From an uncultured virus (IMG/VR IMGVR_UViG_3300044843_001063) (Duplodnaviria; Heunggongvirae; Uroviricota; Caudoviricetes), in the IMG/VR virus record IMGVR_UViG_3300044843_001063: a DNA stretch of 55,669 nucleotides; one strand, written 5' to 3'. A program made the position numbers and the translations under genes. Below the pieces are notes generated by a model. The model was given only the letters and a program-made list of their open reading frames with translations. It had not been told where the DNA came from and made no database searches. Below, one piece after another: positions 9,969 to 19,090 of this stretch (positions are counted from its first letter, which is position 1; every line of letters starts with the position of its first letter).

Positions 9969-10127
9969 TTAGAAAATATCGATAATAATAACAGACGTGT
10001 TTTCTTTATTTTCTTTGGGAGGTGGAGGGACTAAGGGCTGTTCCATTTCAATATATAATGGAAGAGGTTCAAAGTTATCTTTCTTTTTCTTTTCTTTTTT
10101 ATGAATAAATGGATAAAAAGGGCTCAT
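9969..10127 (-). CDS. 52-aa protein not in the ORF track: MSPFYPFIHKKEKKKKDNFEPLPLYIEMEQPLVPPPPKENKENTSVIIIDIF
   Basis: Translated by hand. SD-like GAGGTG lies just upstream, and the ORF fills the gap, its stop abutting the convergent stop at 9968. Confidence 0.7.
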   Translation of the reverse strand: MSPFYPFIHKKEKKKKDNFEPLPLYIEMEQPLVPPPPKENKENTSVIIIDIF

Positions 10128-10174
10128 TATGCCACCTCTAATAATATGCCGGAATAAGCATAAAGGAAAAAAAT

Positions 10175-10378
10175 ATGTTATGTTCTAGCTGTGCTAAATT
10201 AGCTTATATCCCGACTCAAAAAAAATGTATTCGTTGTCAAGGCGCTGTCGCCATTAGTATAGCTATTTTATGTGATTTTTGCTCAAATACTGAAAAAAAA
10301 TGTGCAGTATGCATTAAAAAAATAATAACCGAAGCTGAAAGACAAGCTAAACGTGGCTGTAATTGTGGTGGAAAGTAG
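10175..10378 (+). CDS. Small Cys-rich protein (multiple CxxC)
   Basis: AAGGA SD; CSSC, CIRC, CDFC, CAVC, CNC. Confidence 0.7.
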   Translation: MLCSSCAKLAYIPTQKKCIRCQGAVAISIAILCDFCSNTEKKCAVCIKKIITEAERQAKRGCNCGGK

Positions 10379-10393
10379 TTATATAGGAAAGTA

Positions 10394-10828
10394 ATGATTA
10401 TTACCAATAATGAAGATGCTTTGCGCGTTACTTGCGAAGAAGTAAAATTAGAAGAAGTTAATGAATTAATTTCTACTTTGGAAAATGAACTAAGCTATGC
10501 CAATAACTTAGGAAAAGGCGGAATTGGATTGGCGGCCCCTCAAATTGGAATAGCTAAAAAAATTGCTATTATTAGATTGCCCAATATGTCGTTAAATTTA
10601 ATTAACTGTCATATTGATCAAGGTTATGATTTGTCCCTCTTTAAAGAAGAGGGCTGTTTGTCTTTTCCAGGACGAGTAGAAAATACGATGAGATTTCAAG
10701 AGGTTCATATTTCAAATAATTTAACCTATCCATATAAATTTATCGCTCAAGGATTAATTTCTGTCGTATGTCAACATGAGTTAGATCATCTAGGATCTAC
10801 TTTATTTATGGATCGTAAAGCCAAATAA
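10394..10828 (+). CDS. def: Peptide deformylase, short viral-type C-terminus
   Basis: GIGLAAPQIG, EGCLS, QHELDHL; the protein ends at FMDRKAK. Confidence 0.95.
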   Translation: MIITNNEDALRVTCEEVKLEEVNELISTLENELSYANNLGKGGIGLAAPQIGIAKKIAIIRLPNMSLNLINCHIDQGYDLSLFKEEGCLSFPGRVENTMRFQEVHISNNLTYPYKFIAQGLISVVCQHELDHLGSTLFMDRKAK

Positions 10829-10850
10829 ATTATTAGCAGTTAGGATAATT

Positions 10851-11096
10851 ATGGATAAAAAAAATATGGTAGAATTAACTAATGACATGTTAATTGCTGA
10901 TCTACTGATGAGAGTTAAGTGCATAGAAAATCTCCTAATAGCTAAAGGAGTCTTTTCTAAAGAAGAATTACTCGCAGAAATGGAAGTAGTTGCTAAACAG
11001 ATTGCTAAATCTGTATTAGAAAAAGCTGGCGTTTCTAATGAAAATGTAGAAAATTTATTACAAGTTTTTTCTCAAAATAAACCTACTGGAAATTAG
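10851..11096 (+). CDS. Hypothetical protein
   Basis: ORF with AGGA SD; LLIAKGVFSKEE helical motif. Confidence 0.65.
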   Translation: MDKKNMVELTNDMLIADLLMRVKCIENLLIAKGVFSKEELLAEMEVVAKQIAKSVLEKAGVSNENVENLLQVFSQNKPTGN

Positions 11097-11097
11097 T

Positions 11098-11415
11098 ATG
11101 TTTTTTCTTCTTGAAGAAAATGACTTTAAAATCCAAAATGGAAGACAAGCCTTGTATTTTTATTCTACTTGGATGCCGTTTCATAAGAAAATGAATTCCA
11201 TGATTTCAAAAATAGAACAAAAATATAAAGATATTTCCTTTTGCGCTATAGATGTAGATCTGTTTAAGTCTCTGACTAAAAGATTTAGCGTAACCTCTAT
11301 TCCAACTGTGATAATTCTTGTCAATGGTATCGAGAAAAAAAGGATTACCGGAATAGTAATGACAAGTGCTTTTAAAAGTATGTTTGCTGATATATGTAAT
11401 ACTAATATGGAGTAA
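11098..11415 (+). CDS. Thioredoxin-fold protein lacking the CxxC active site
   Basis: YFYSTW-MPFH-KKM in place of WCxxC; IDVD, F.V.SIPTVIIL.NG.E..RITG. Confidence 0.85.
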   Translation: MFFLLEENDFKIQNGRQALYFYSTWMPFHKKMNSMISKIEQKYKDISFCAIDVDLFKSLTKRFSVTSIPTVIILVNGIEKKRITGIVMTSAFKSMFADICNTNME

Positions 11416-11417
11416 TT

Positions 11418-11744
11418 ATGAATAAAAAGAAAATTGTTAGAGAACCAACCTTAGCCGAATTAGCCGCTCAACAACAACAAGAGAATGATGCTGATATGGC
11501 TTCTAAAATGGAAAATACTGTAGCTGGAGAAATTTGGAATGAAATTAAAGATTTAAAAATTGAAATGTTCTCATTACCCAATCAATTTGTGCATATGCAC
11601 TGTCATCCAGTAATGATTGAGCCCTCTAAATTGTATTTAACTGTTAATTCTTCTGCCGTGCTGCCCTCATTAGAGGTGGCAGTGGGCAGTAAATTTACTG
11701 CCGATTTAGAAGGTAAATTTGTGACGGTAGCTCGAAATAAATGA
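11418..11744 (+). CDS. Hypothetical protein
   Basis: ORF with GGAG SD. Confidence 0.7.
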   Translation: MNKKKIVREPTLAELAAQQQQENDADMASKMENTVAGEIWNEIKDLKIEMFSLPNQFVHMHCHPVMIEPSKLYLTVNSSAVLPSLEVAVGSKFTADLEGKFVTVARNK

Positions 11745-11750
11745 GGCCTT

Positions 11751-12188
11751 ATGTCATTTGACGATCATGATGAACAGCCATCACTCCAATCACAAAAGAT
11801 TGGACTTAAAAAAGTTAGCACTCAACAGTCTATTTTTGACTCTATTCCTAAAAAACCGAGTCAAGAAGAGTTTACACAAGGAGTGCAAAGAGTGCAGGAA
11901 AAAGCATCGGCATCTAAACGCCGAGCAGCGGATTTAGCAGTCAAATTTTATAATATGATGTCAGATAAGACTTTACCGCAAAATAAGAATCAATTCCAAA
12001 AAGATTTGGAAATTGAATTATTGAAAGATATGGTGAACTTTGCTTCGGACATTAATACTGATCCGAATGAAAAAGAAGGCATGGGATCTATCAGTTTAAT
12101 TGCATTAATGTTGAAAAACGCCATCTCTCAAAGAGATAGAATAAATAACTTGGAATTTCTAATTTCTAAATTAGAAAAAAACAAATAA
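11751..12188 (+). CDS. Hypothetical protein
   Basis: ORF with GAGG SD. Confidence 0.7.
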   Translation: MSFDDHDEQPSLQSQKIGLKKVSTQQSIFDSIPKKPSQEEFTQGVQRVQEKASASKRRAADLAVKFYNMMSDKTLPQNKNQFQKDLEIELLKDMVNFASDINTDPNEKEGMGSISLIALMLKNAISQRDRINNLEFLISKLEKNK

Positions 12189-12226
12189 TTATTTAAGATA
12201 AGGGCGGACTTGACATTATTTGACTA

Positions 12227-12424
12227 ATGGATAAATTACCCATGATTACTAAAGAATACCTATTATCTCTAATTTCTGAAGAAAAAGAAAAATTTAGTAA
12301 ATATTCTCAATCATGCACAAATTATCAAATAATCATCGATCCACTGGCTACAGCCAGACATCAGGGCAAATTGGAAATACTTCAGCTTTTACTTCTCAAG
12401 GAGAAAGTTTTATCCAAAACTTAA
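12227..12424 (+). CDS. Possible small hypothetical protein overlapping the next gene
   Basis: ORF; a TTGACA at 12209 suggests the start may be at 12242. Confidence 0.4.
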   Translation: MDKLPMITKEYLLSLISEEKEKFSKYSQSCTNYQIIIDPLATARHQGKLEILQLLLLKEKVLSKT

Positions 12425-12945
12425 TCATTCAAGCTAACTCTATTCCTCTAAATAATTTATTTAATTTCTATAAAATATCCATTAATCCAGTTACTAAAAT
12501 GACGGTATGTCCTTTTAAATCCCATAAGGGAGGAAGAGAACAGACGCCGTCATTTAAATATTATGCCCATTCTAATTCCTTTAATTGTTTTGGGTGTAAA
12601 ATTGGTGGAGGAGGCTGCCAATTAGTAATGAATTTAGAAAATTGTTCTAAAATTCAGGCAGCAGAAAAAATTATGGCTAGGTGGGGAGAGGACTGCACTA
12701 ATGATGGTGATGTTTTTAACGCCTATTCCTATCAAAATCAAGAAGAAAGATTTAAATTATTATTGAAATTTTCTCAAATTATGAGAGACTTCTATTCGGT
12801 ATATCAAACGCCATGCGCTCTAGCGCATATGGAACAAGCCTGTCAAAAATTTGATTCTTTATTCTTTAAAAGAAATTTAAGCGATGAAGCAATCACTCGA
12901 ATAATTGAACAGATGCAGATTCATTTGTCTTATTTCAAACCTTAA
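12313..12945 (+). CDS. Stand-alone DnaG-type CHC2 zinc-binding domain protein
   Basis: CPFKSH..REQTPSF..Y...NSFNCFGCKIGG....VM.LE......AA; no Toprim domain. Confidence 0.85.
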   Translation: MHKLSNNHRSTGYSQTSGQIGNTSAFTSQGESFIQNLIIQANSIPLNNLFNFYKISINPVTKMTVCPFKSHKGGREQTPSFKYYAHSNSFNCFGCKIGGGGCQLVMNLENCSKIQAAEKIMARWGEDCTNDGDVFNAYSYQNQEERFKLLLKFSQIMRDFYSVYQTPCALAHMEQACQKFDSLFFKRNLSDEAITRIIEQMQIHLSYFKP

Positions 12946-12946
12946 A

Positions 12947-12979
12947 GTGAACTACCACTACCATAAAAGTAGTGGCTTC
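12947..12979 (-). repeat. Orphan IS200/IS605 right-end hairpin (miniature palindromic element)
   Basis: Minus strand GAAG-CCACTAC-TTTTATG-GTAGTGG-TAGT-TCAC, the same architecture as the tnpB RE. Confidence 0.75.
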
Positions 12980-12993
12980 TTAGGAAGAGAATT

Positions 12994-14178
12994 ATGTCGG
13001 TTATTATCTTGGGAGATACCCATCTGGGTAGATCTTTATCTATTGGAAAAGTAGGAATTGGCGCCACCCTTAATAGTAGAGTGGCGGATCAATTAAACCT
13101 ATTAGATTGGACTTTAGATTTAGCAGTGGAAAAATGTTCCAGTGATATTATTATTACTGGAGACATTTTTGAAGAACCTCGGCCTAATCCACAATTAATC
13201 ACTATGTTTATTGCCTGGTTAAAAAAATGCCAGGCATACCATATTCATGTTCATATTATCATGGGAAATCATGATTTATATCGAAGTGGAAACGTATTTG
13301 TGTCATCGCTAGATATCATTAGCGAAATGGATTTAGAATATGTTTCAGTATATAAAGAGATTAATACTATTATCATCGGCTCAAATGCTTATACTTTAGT
13401 TCCTTTTCGCGATCGTAAATCTTTTATTACTGATTCTAATACTGATGCTTTAGCTATTTTACAAAATACTATTAGTTATGAATTAGCTTCTATTCCCATT
13501 ACTTATACTAAAATTCTCATAGGCCATTTAGCCATCGAGGGCTCCATTCCGATTGGCGATGAAATTGATGACTTAACCAATGAGTTATTTTGTCCAGTAA
13601 CCATGTTCAACGGTTATGATTATGTTTGGATGGGGCATGTTCATAAGCCCCAAGTCATGAAAAAAAGTAATCCATATGTAGCTCATATTGGCAGCATGGA
13701 TATCTCTAACTTTGGAGAAACTGACCATAAAAAACATGTAGTCATTATCGAAGATTCAAACTACTCAATCGAGTATTTACCGACTCGACCCTTAAAGAAA
13801 ATTACTATTTCCGTTCCTAAAGAAACGGAAAATACCACTGAGTTCATTTTAGAATCACTAAAAAATGAAGTAGATTTTAGTAAATCTATCGTTAAATTAG
13901 AGATTTCATTATTGGATTCTGAATTAAAGTCGGTCAATAAGTCAGAAATTGAGACATATATTATGTCTCAAGGCGCTTTTAATGTCGCTAACATTTCAGA
14001 ATCAAAAAAATTGAATCTCATTAAAAGAGATATCAATAATAATATTGATACCAAAATGGATGTTGTTTCTGCTATTAAAACGTACGCGCACACATACGTA
14101 GACGCGTCAAAAAAAGATTCTTTTATTCAATTAGCCATGGATATTTATAACGAATACCGAGCCGAGGGAAAAGAGTGA
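12994..14178 (+). CDS. sbcD: SbcD/Mre11-like metallophosphoesterase nuclease
   Basis: GDTHLG, GDIF, GNHD, GHVH; directly upstream of sbcC. Confidence 0.92.
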   Translation: MSVIILGDTHLGRSLSIGKVGIGATLNSRVADQLNLLDWTLDLAVEKCSSDIIITGDIFEEPRPNPQLITMFIAWLKKCQAYHIHVHIIMGNHDLYRSGNVFVSSLDIISEMDLEYVSVYKEINTIIIGSNAYTLVPFRDRKSFITDSNTDALAILQNTISYELASIPITYTKILIGHLAIEGSIPIGDEIDDLTNELFCPVTMFNGYDYVWMGHVHKPQVMKKSNPYVAHIGSMDISNFGETDHKKHVVIIEDSNYSIEYLPTRPLKKITISVPKETENTTEFILESLKNEVDFSKSIVKLEISLLDSELKSVNKSEIETYIMSQGAFNVANISESKKLNLIKRDINNNIDTKMDVVSAIKTYAHTYVDASKKDSFIQLAMDIYNEYRAEGKE

Positions 14179-16421
14179 AACCACTAAGATTATATATTGA
14201 AAATTTCATGTGTCATGATAAGAGCTATATTGATTTTACTCAATTTAGCTCCGCCCTTATTATCGGAAATAAAGAACAAAATGAACTCCATGCTAATGGA
14301 GTGGGGAAAACAACAATCTTTAAAGCTATTGAGTATGTATTATTTAACCAGTCAGATGTGACTTTAGAGCACATTATTCGTGACGATACTGATTATTGTC
14401 ATGTTATTATTGATTTTCTTATTAAAGATCAAGAATTTAGAATTTCTAGAAAAAGAACTAGAAAAGGAAATTCCGATGTTTCGCTCTTAGAAAAAAATGC
14501 TACTCCTAGCCTCCATATGGAAGCTTATCATTTAGAAGGCGACAAATTACCCAATCCTAATTTAGATAAAGAGACTCTTAAAAAATATTGGAAAGATTTA
14601 TCTGGTTCTCGTGCCGGAGACACCGAGAAAGAAGTAGCTAAATTAATAAAAATAAATCCTAAATCTTTTAGAAGTACGATTCATTTTTTACAGAATGATG
14701 TGTCTGGATTATCTACCGCAACGCCAGAAAAAAGAAAAGGTATTCTTAAAGATGCTTTTAATTTATTAATTTATTCGAAATTAGAAAAGATTGCTAAAGA
14801 ACAAAGCAATCTTCTTTCTAAAGAAATCGATAAAAATAATACTTTATTAAGTACTTTAGGAAATCCAGAGCAAGATATCAATACTATTACTGGGCAATTA
14901 GCTCAGTCATCTACTTTGTTAGTAGAGAAGCAATCAAATTTATCTCAAATTGAAGAAGTAATATCTCAATGTAATAATAATATCACTTCTTGGTTATCTG
15001 CTTGTTCTAATTTAGAAAATAAATGTGCCGATTTGATTGCTCAAGAAAAATTAGCCACTCAAACTAAAAATAAATTAGAGATTTCGGTCAAAGAATATCA
15101 ATCCAAAAAAAGCAATTCTGCCAAAATAGCCAAAGAATTATTATCTGAAATTGAAGATTTAAAAGCAACACAATTAAAATTAATTGCTTTAGATTATTCT
15201 CAGATAGAAATTTTATCAGCCAAAATTGTTGAAGCAAATCAACAAATTACTGAACACAATATTAGTATTAAAAATTATCTGGAAAAGATAGAAGATTATC
15301 GAATTCCTTTACCAGAAGGAAATATCTGTAAAAGCTGTCGCAAACCAATGTCGGTAACAGAAAAAGAAGAACATCAACAACATATTAATCAAGAATTATT
15401 GTTATGCCAAAAACAAATACAAGAAAGTAAAGCGATTATTAATAATTTTAATAAACAAATCTCTTCTTATCAACAACAAATTAATAGCTTAACTACAGCT
15501 AAAAAACAATTAGAAAATTTAAATGAGAGAATATCTTCCAAAAATAAAGAAGTGTCTGATAAGAAAGCTCTTTATGATGAATACAGTGTTTTTCTTAAAA
15601 AATTCTCACTAGAATTAGAAGAAAAAAATGAAGAGTTAAGTAAAATAAATCAAGAACTAGCTAACTCTAGTATGGATGAAGTTAAATCTTTACAAAATAA
15701 AATAGAGTTAGAAAAGCAAAAAATTAAAGGACTACAGGATCAAATAGGCTCTTTGAATAAAGAGATTACTCATTACAGTAATAGTCGGGCCGTGTTACAG
15801 CACACTTTAGAACAAAGAAATAAAGATAAAATCTTATATCAAGAATTAACTACTAAGCAAGAAGAATTAAATAAAAAATTTAGTGTATATCCATTAGTAG
15901 TTCAAGGTTTTTCTTCTATTGGAATACCTAATTTAATTATTCAAAATATTTTAAATGATTTGCAGGCAGAAACTAATAATTTATTGGCGCAATTGAAACC
16001 AGGAGGAAAAGAAATTCAACTTTCTTTTTCTATTGAGAAAAAAATAGAAAAAACTGGAGATCAAGCTGACACCCTAGATATTAATTATGTTATTAATGGG
16101 AAAAATAGATACTATGAACAATTATCAGGCGCTCAGCAAATTGCCGTCATGTTTAGTCTAAAATTAGGATTATCATTCCTGCTTCAAAAAATGATTGGTG
16201 CTGATATTAGAATGCTGCTATTAGATGAAATTGATCAGTCTCTAGATAAGGCCAGTGTGGATGAATATGCTAACATTATTAAATTCTTTCAAAAAGATTT
16301 TACTATCTTGATCATTACTCATAATGATCGCTTAAAGGATAAGTTTTCCCATGCTATTTTGGTAGAACAGGATATTAATATGATTTCTACTGCTCGTGTA
16401 GTTTCTTCTTGGCAAGGTTGA
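14175..16421 (+). CDS. sbcC: SbcC/Rad50-like ATPase
   Basis: IENFMCH, NGVGKTT, coiled coil with CKSC zinc hook, LSGAQ, LLLDEID, ITH. Confidence 0.93.
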   Translation: MKPLRLYIENFMCHDKSYIDFTQFSSALIIGNKEQNELHANGVGKTTIFKAIEYVLFNQSDVTLEHIIRDDTDYCHVIIDFLIKDQEFRISRKRTRKGNSDVSLLEKNATPSLHMEAYHLEGDKLPNPNLDKETLKKYWKDLSGSRAGDTEKEVAKLIKINPKSFRSTIHFLQNDVSGLSTATPEKRKGILKDAFNLLIYSKLEKIAKEQSNLLSKEIDKNNTLLSTLGNPEQDINTITGQLAQSSTLLVEKQSNLSQIEEVISQCNNNITSWLSACSNLENKCADLIAQEKLATQTKNKLEISVKEYQSKKSNSAKIAKELLSEIEDLKATQLKLIALDYSQIEILSAKIVEANQQITEHNISIKNYLEKIEDYRIPLPEGNICKSCRKPMSVTEKEEHQQHINQELLLCQKQIQESKAIINNFNKQISSYQQQINSLTTAKKQLENLNERISSKNKEVSDKKALYDEYSVFLKKFSLELEEKNEELSKINQELANSSMDEVKSLQNKIELEKQKIKGLQDQIGSLNKEITHYSNSRAVLQHTLEQRNKDKILYQELTTKQEELNKKFSVYPLVVQGFSSIGIPNLIIQNILNDLQAETNNLLAQLKPGGKEIQLSFSIEKKIEKTGDQADTLDINYVINGKNRYYEQLSGAQQIAVMFSLKLGLSFLLQKMIGADIRMLLLDEIDQSLDKASVDEYANIIKFFQKDFTILIITHNDRLKDKFSHAILVEQDINMISTARVVSSWQG

Positions 16422-16422
16422 T

Positions 16423-17004
16423 ATGTATAAAATTGCTATTTGTGGAAAAGCTAATACTGGTAAAAATACTTTAAGCCAAATGTTTAAAGAATACATGGGT
16501 AGTCATCATAAAGTCATGACCATGGCTTTTGCGGACCCTATTAAACATATTATTAAAACTATGTTTCCACAAGTACCAAGAAAACACTTATTTGGCTCTT
16601 CTAAGCATCGCAATCAAATTATTCCAGGAGCCATTAAAGATGGTAACCCTCTAACTATTAGACAAGCTTTAATTGATATTGGTACTGGCTTAGGTCGTTC
16701 TTACCAAGAATCATTATGGATTAATAATTTTCACCTTCGGCTGAATAAAATAATTAAAAAAAATTACCAGATGGTCATTGTGACCGATGTGAGATTTGTT
16801 AATGAGTTTAAATACTTACAAAGCGAAGGTTTTTATTTAATAAAATTAACACGAGATAATGAAACTAAAATTAATCATATTAGTGAAACCAATCAAGATT
16901 TGATTCCTGGAGAAGAATTTAATAATATTATTATTAATAATGGTTCTCTAGAAGAATTGTCGCAAAAAGTTAAAGAGATCATGGAGACTATAGTAAATAA
17001 ATGA
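16423..17004 (+). CDS. Phage-type deoxynucleoside monophosphate kinase
   Basis: GKANTGKNT, FADPIK, DVRFVNE, HISE. Confidence 0.85.
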   Translation: MYKIAICGKANTGKNTLSQMFKEYMGSHHKVMTMAFADPIKHIIKTMFPQVPRKHLFGSSKHRNQIIPGAIKDGNPLTIRQALIDIGTGLGRSYQESLWINNFHLRLNKIIKKNYQMVIVTDVRFVNEFKYLQSEGFYLIKLTRDNETKINHISETNQDLIPGEEFNNIIINNGSLEELSQKVKEIMETIVNK

Positions 17005-17028
17005 CCATATTATGGTATATTCTGTAAG

Positions 17029-17358
17029 ATGAGCTTTGAACCATTTAAAGAAGATTTAGTACCAAAATTTATGGCTAGTGGAGAGCATAAATTTTATAAA
17101 TCTATTTTGGTGATGGCATTATATAAATTAATGGTTATGGAGCAGGGAAGTTATGAGGGCACTCCTCCTCATATTGAGTATATGAATTTTTGTGACAAAT
17201 TTATTATTTTATATCGTCGAGAAGGAAATGAAGTTTATTTAAATATTGCTAAGATGTTTCGTAAAGCGGCCCATAAAATATACCGAATCATGTTGAAAAG
17301 AAAACTAACTACTCATAACTCTAAATTTTTAACCTTGGTTGAATATGGCCGTAATTAG
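17029..17358 (+). CDS. Hypothetical protein
   Basis: ORF only. Confidence 0.65.
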   Translation: MSFEPFKEDLVPKFMASGEHKFYKSILVMALYKLMVMEQGSYEGTPPHIEYMNFCDKFIILYRREGNEVYLNIAKMFRKAAHKIYRIMLKRKLTTHNSKFLTLVEYGRN

Positions 17359-18337
17359 CATTACTCTCGAAGAATCAGTTGAGCAAATAGTTTCTGGAAT
17401 TCCTAGAACTATTGCTATTACCACTAATATTGCTTCCTCCATTTTTTATACGTTAGATGGTAGTACTCCCAATTTATATTCTAATATTTATACTAGTCCA
17501 ATTACTATGCCTACTAGTAACTTAACAGTTACACTAAAAGTTTTAGCTACTAATGGCATAGATACTAGCTCTATTATTACTGAAACATATGTAACTAATT
17601 TAGTAGAGAATACTAATGCTAGATTGCCTCGTTCAGGAACTACGGCTAATGCTGGCGAGAATATTCCTAGTTTATATCCTTACGGGAATACCCCTATTCA
17701 GCCTAATGCTAATTTTGAAAATCCCGCAGATGCCGGTATTACCGTCGATAATCCGGCCTTACCAGCTACTTCTACTGGATTTGATGGTGCTGGTAATCCT
17801 AATGCTTTTACTAATGAGCCTTTTAATACTACTAATTATAGTATCAAGTATTCAACTACCGATTGGCAAAATAAACCCGGTTATGGCATTGGCACTTTGC
17901 CAGGACAAGTAACTATCGATATTAAGCCTCAACCCCCAGAAACTACGAATCAAAATAGTAATACTTTTGATCCTAAAGCTTTCGTTGTCTTTCAAGATGC
18001 AGCAACTGAAGACCCTAATCTGCCGCCGTCTATTAATAGAATGCATTTTTCATCTGAAGATTCTAATATCAATCGAGATGGAAATAATTTCTTTAATAGC
18101 GGATTAGATGCACCACCGACTAGTGGCACCTTTTTAAGGTCTCATTTTAATCCTAGAACTAATTCTATTACTTATTATTATTTAGATACGTGGAGTAATA
18201 AATGGATTATTTCCACGGCTCCGTTTAATCCAAATGGTGGATGGGATGGAAATATGGCCGGGATGGCGTTGTCGAGGCAGAGTGGGGCGGGGTTTGTATT
18301 TGAATGGCTCCCCTTCACTCGTCGAGTACTATTCTAA
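17339..18337 (+). CDS. Fn3-associated/chitobiase-C-like domain protein, possibly virion-associated
   Basis: IFYTLDGSTP...Y..PI......TLKV.A motif; T/N/P-rich composition. Confidence 0.65.
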   Translation: MNMAVISITLEESVEQIVSGIPRTIAITTNIASSIFYTLDGSTPNLYSNIYTSPITMPTSNLTVTLKVLATNGIDTSSIITETYVTNLVENTNARLPRSGTTANAGENIPSLYPYGNTPIQPNANFENPADAGITVDNPALPATSTGFDGAGNPNAFTNEPFNTTNYSIKYSTTDWQNKPGYGIGTLPGQVTIDIKPQPPETTNQNSNTFDPKAFVVFQDAATEDPNLPPSINRMHFSSEDSNINRDGNNFFNSGLDAPPTSGTFLRSHFNPRTNSITYYYLDTWSNKWIISTAPFNPNGGWDGNMAGMALSRQSGAGFVFEWLPFTRRVLF

Positions 18338-18342
18338 ACCTT

Positions 18343-19005
18343 ATGCTGTGCAAACTCTGTGGACTAGACAAAGAACTAAATTCTAGCAATTTTCAACAGG
18401 GCACCAATAAAAGAAATGGCATTAACCATCATTATTGGTATCGAACTTGTCGAGCGTGTAATCGAGATAAAATTCGAGATAAAAATAAAAGATTTAAAGA
18501 GAAAAATAGAAAAAAATTAGCAGATAAACAAAAATTATATCGTGCTTCTCGACAAGAACATTATTCTCAAATAGCCAAAATTTGGTATCAAAAAAACAAA
18601 GAAGACGTTAAAATCCGCATCAAAAATAATTTGAAATTAAGACGACAAACAGATCCTCTATTTCGTTTAAAATTTAACATCTCCGCCAATATTCGTGCCT
18701 GTATTAAAAAAAATTATCAACCGGTAAAGAATTTTCTTCCATATTCTATTGCGGAACTGAAAAAACATTTAGAACAACAATTTGAACCCTGGATGAATTG
18801 GAATAATTATGGTACCTATTCTACTTCCTGGAATGATCAGGATCCCCAAACTTGGACTTGGCAAATAGATCATATTATTCCTCATAGCACATTTAATTAC
18901 ACTTCACTACAAGACCCTCTCTTTCAAGATTGTTGGGCTTTAAGTAATTTACGGCCATTAAGCTCTAAAGCCAATTTATATAAAAGCAATAAAATTATTA
19001 AATAA
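18343..19005 (+). CDS. HNH-type putative homing endonuclease
   Basis: N-terminal CxxC..CxxC, basic helix, ELKKHLEQQFEPWMNW.NYG..WQIDHIIP..CWALSNLRPL...N..K. Confidence 0.85.
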   Translation: MLCKLCGLDKELNSSNFQQGTNKRNGINHHYWYRTCRACNRDKIRDKNKRFKEKNRKKLADKQKLYRASRQEHYSQIAKIWYQKNKEDVKIRIKNNLKLRRQTDPLFRLKFNISANIRACIKKNYQPVKNFLPYSIAELKKHLEQQFEPWMNWNNYGTYSTSWNDQDPQTWTWQIDHIIPHSTFNYTSLQDPLFQDCWALSNLRPLSSKANLYKSNKIIK

Positions 19006-19090
19006 GCTGGCAGTTTAAAAAATATCCCAAATTAATTGACATTGTTGTTAGGTTATATAATAATGATAACATACAACAGAAAAAGATATT

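Noticed and set aside
19036..19064. Consensus sigma70 promoter TTGACA...TATAAT before the RecB-like gene
   Set aside because: The spacer to TATAAT is only 14 nt and the 17-nt alternative gives AATAAT; plausible but too weak to call.
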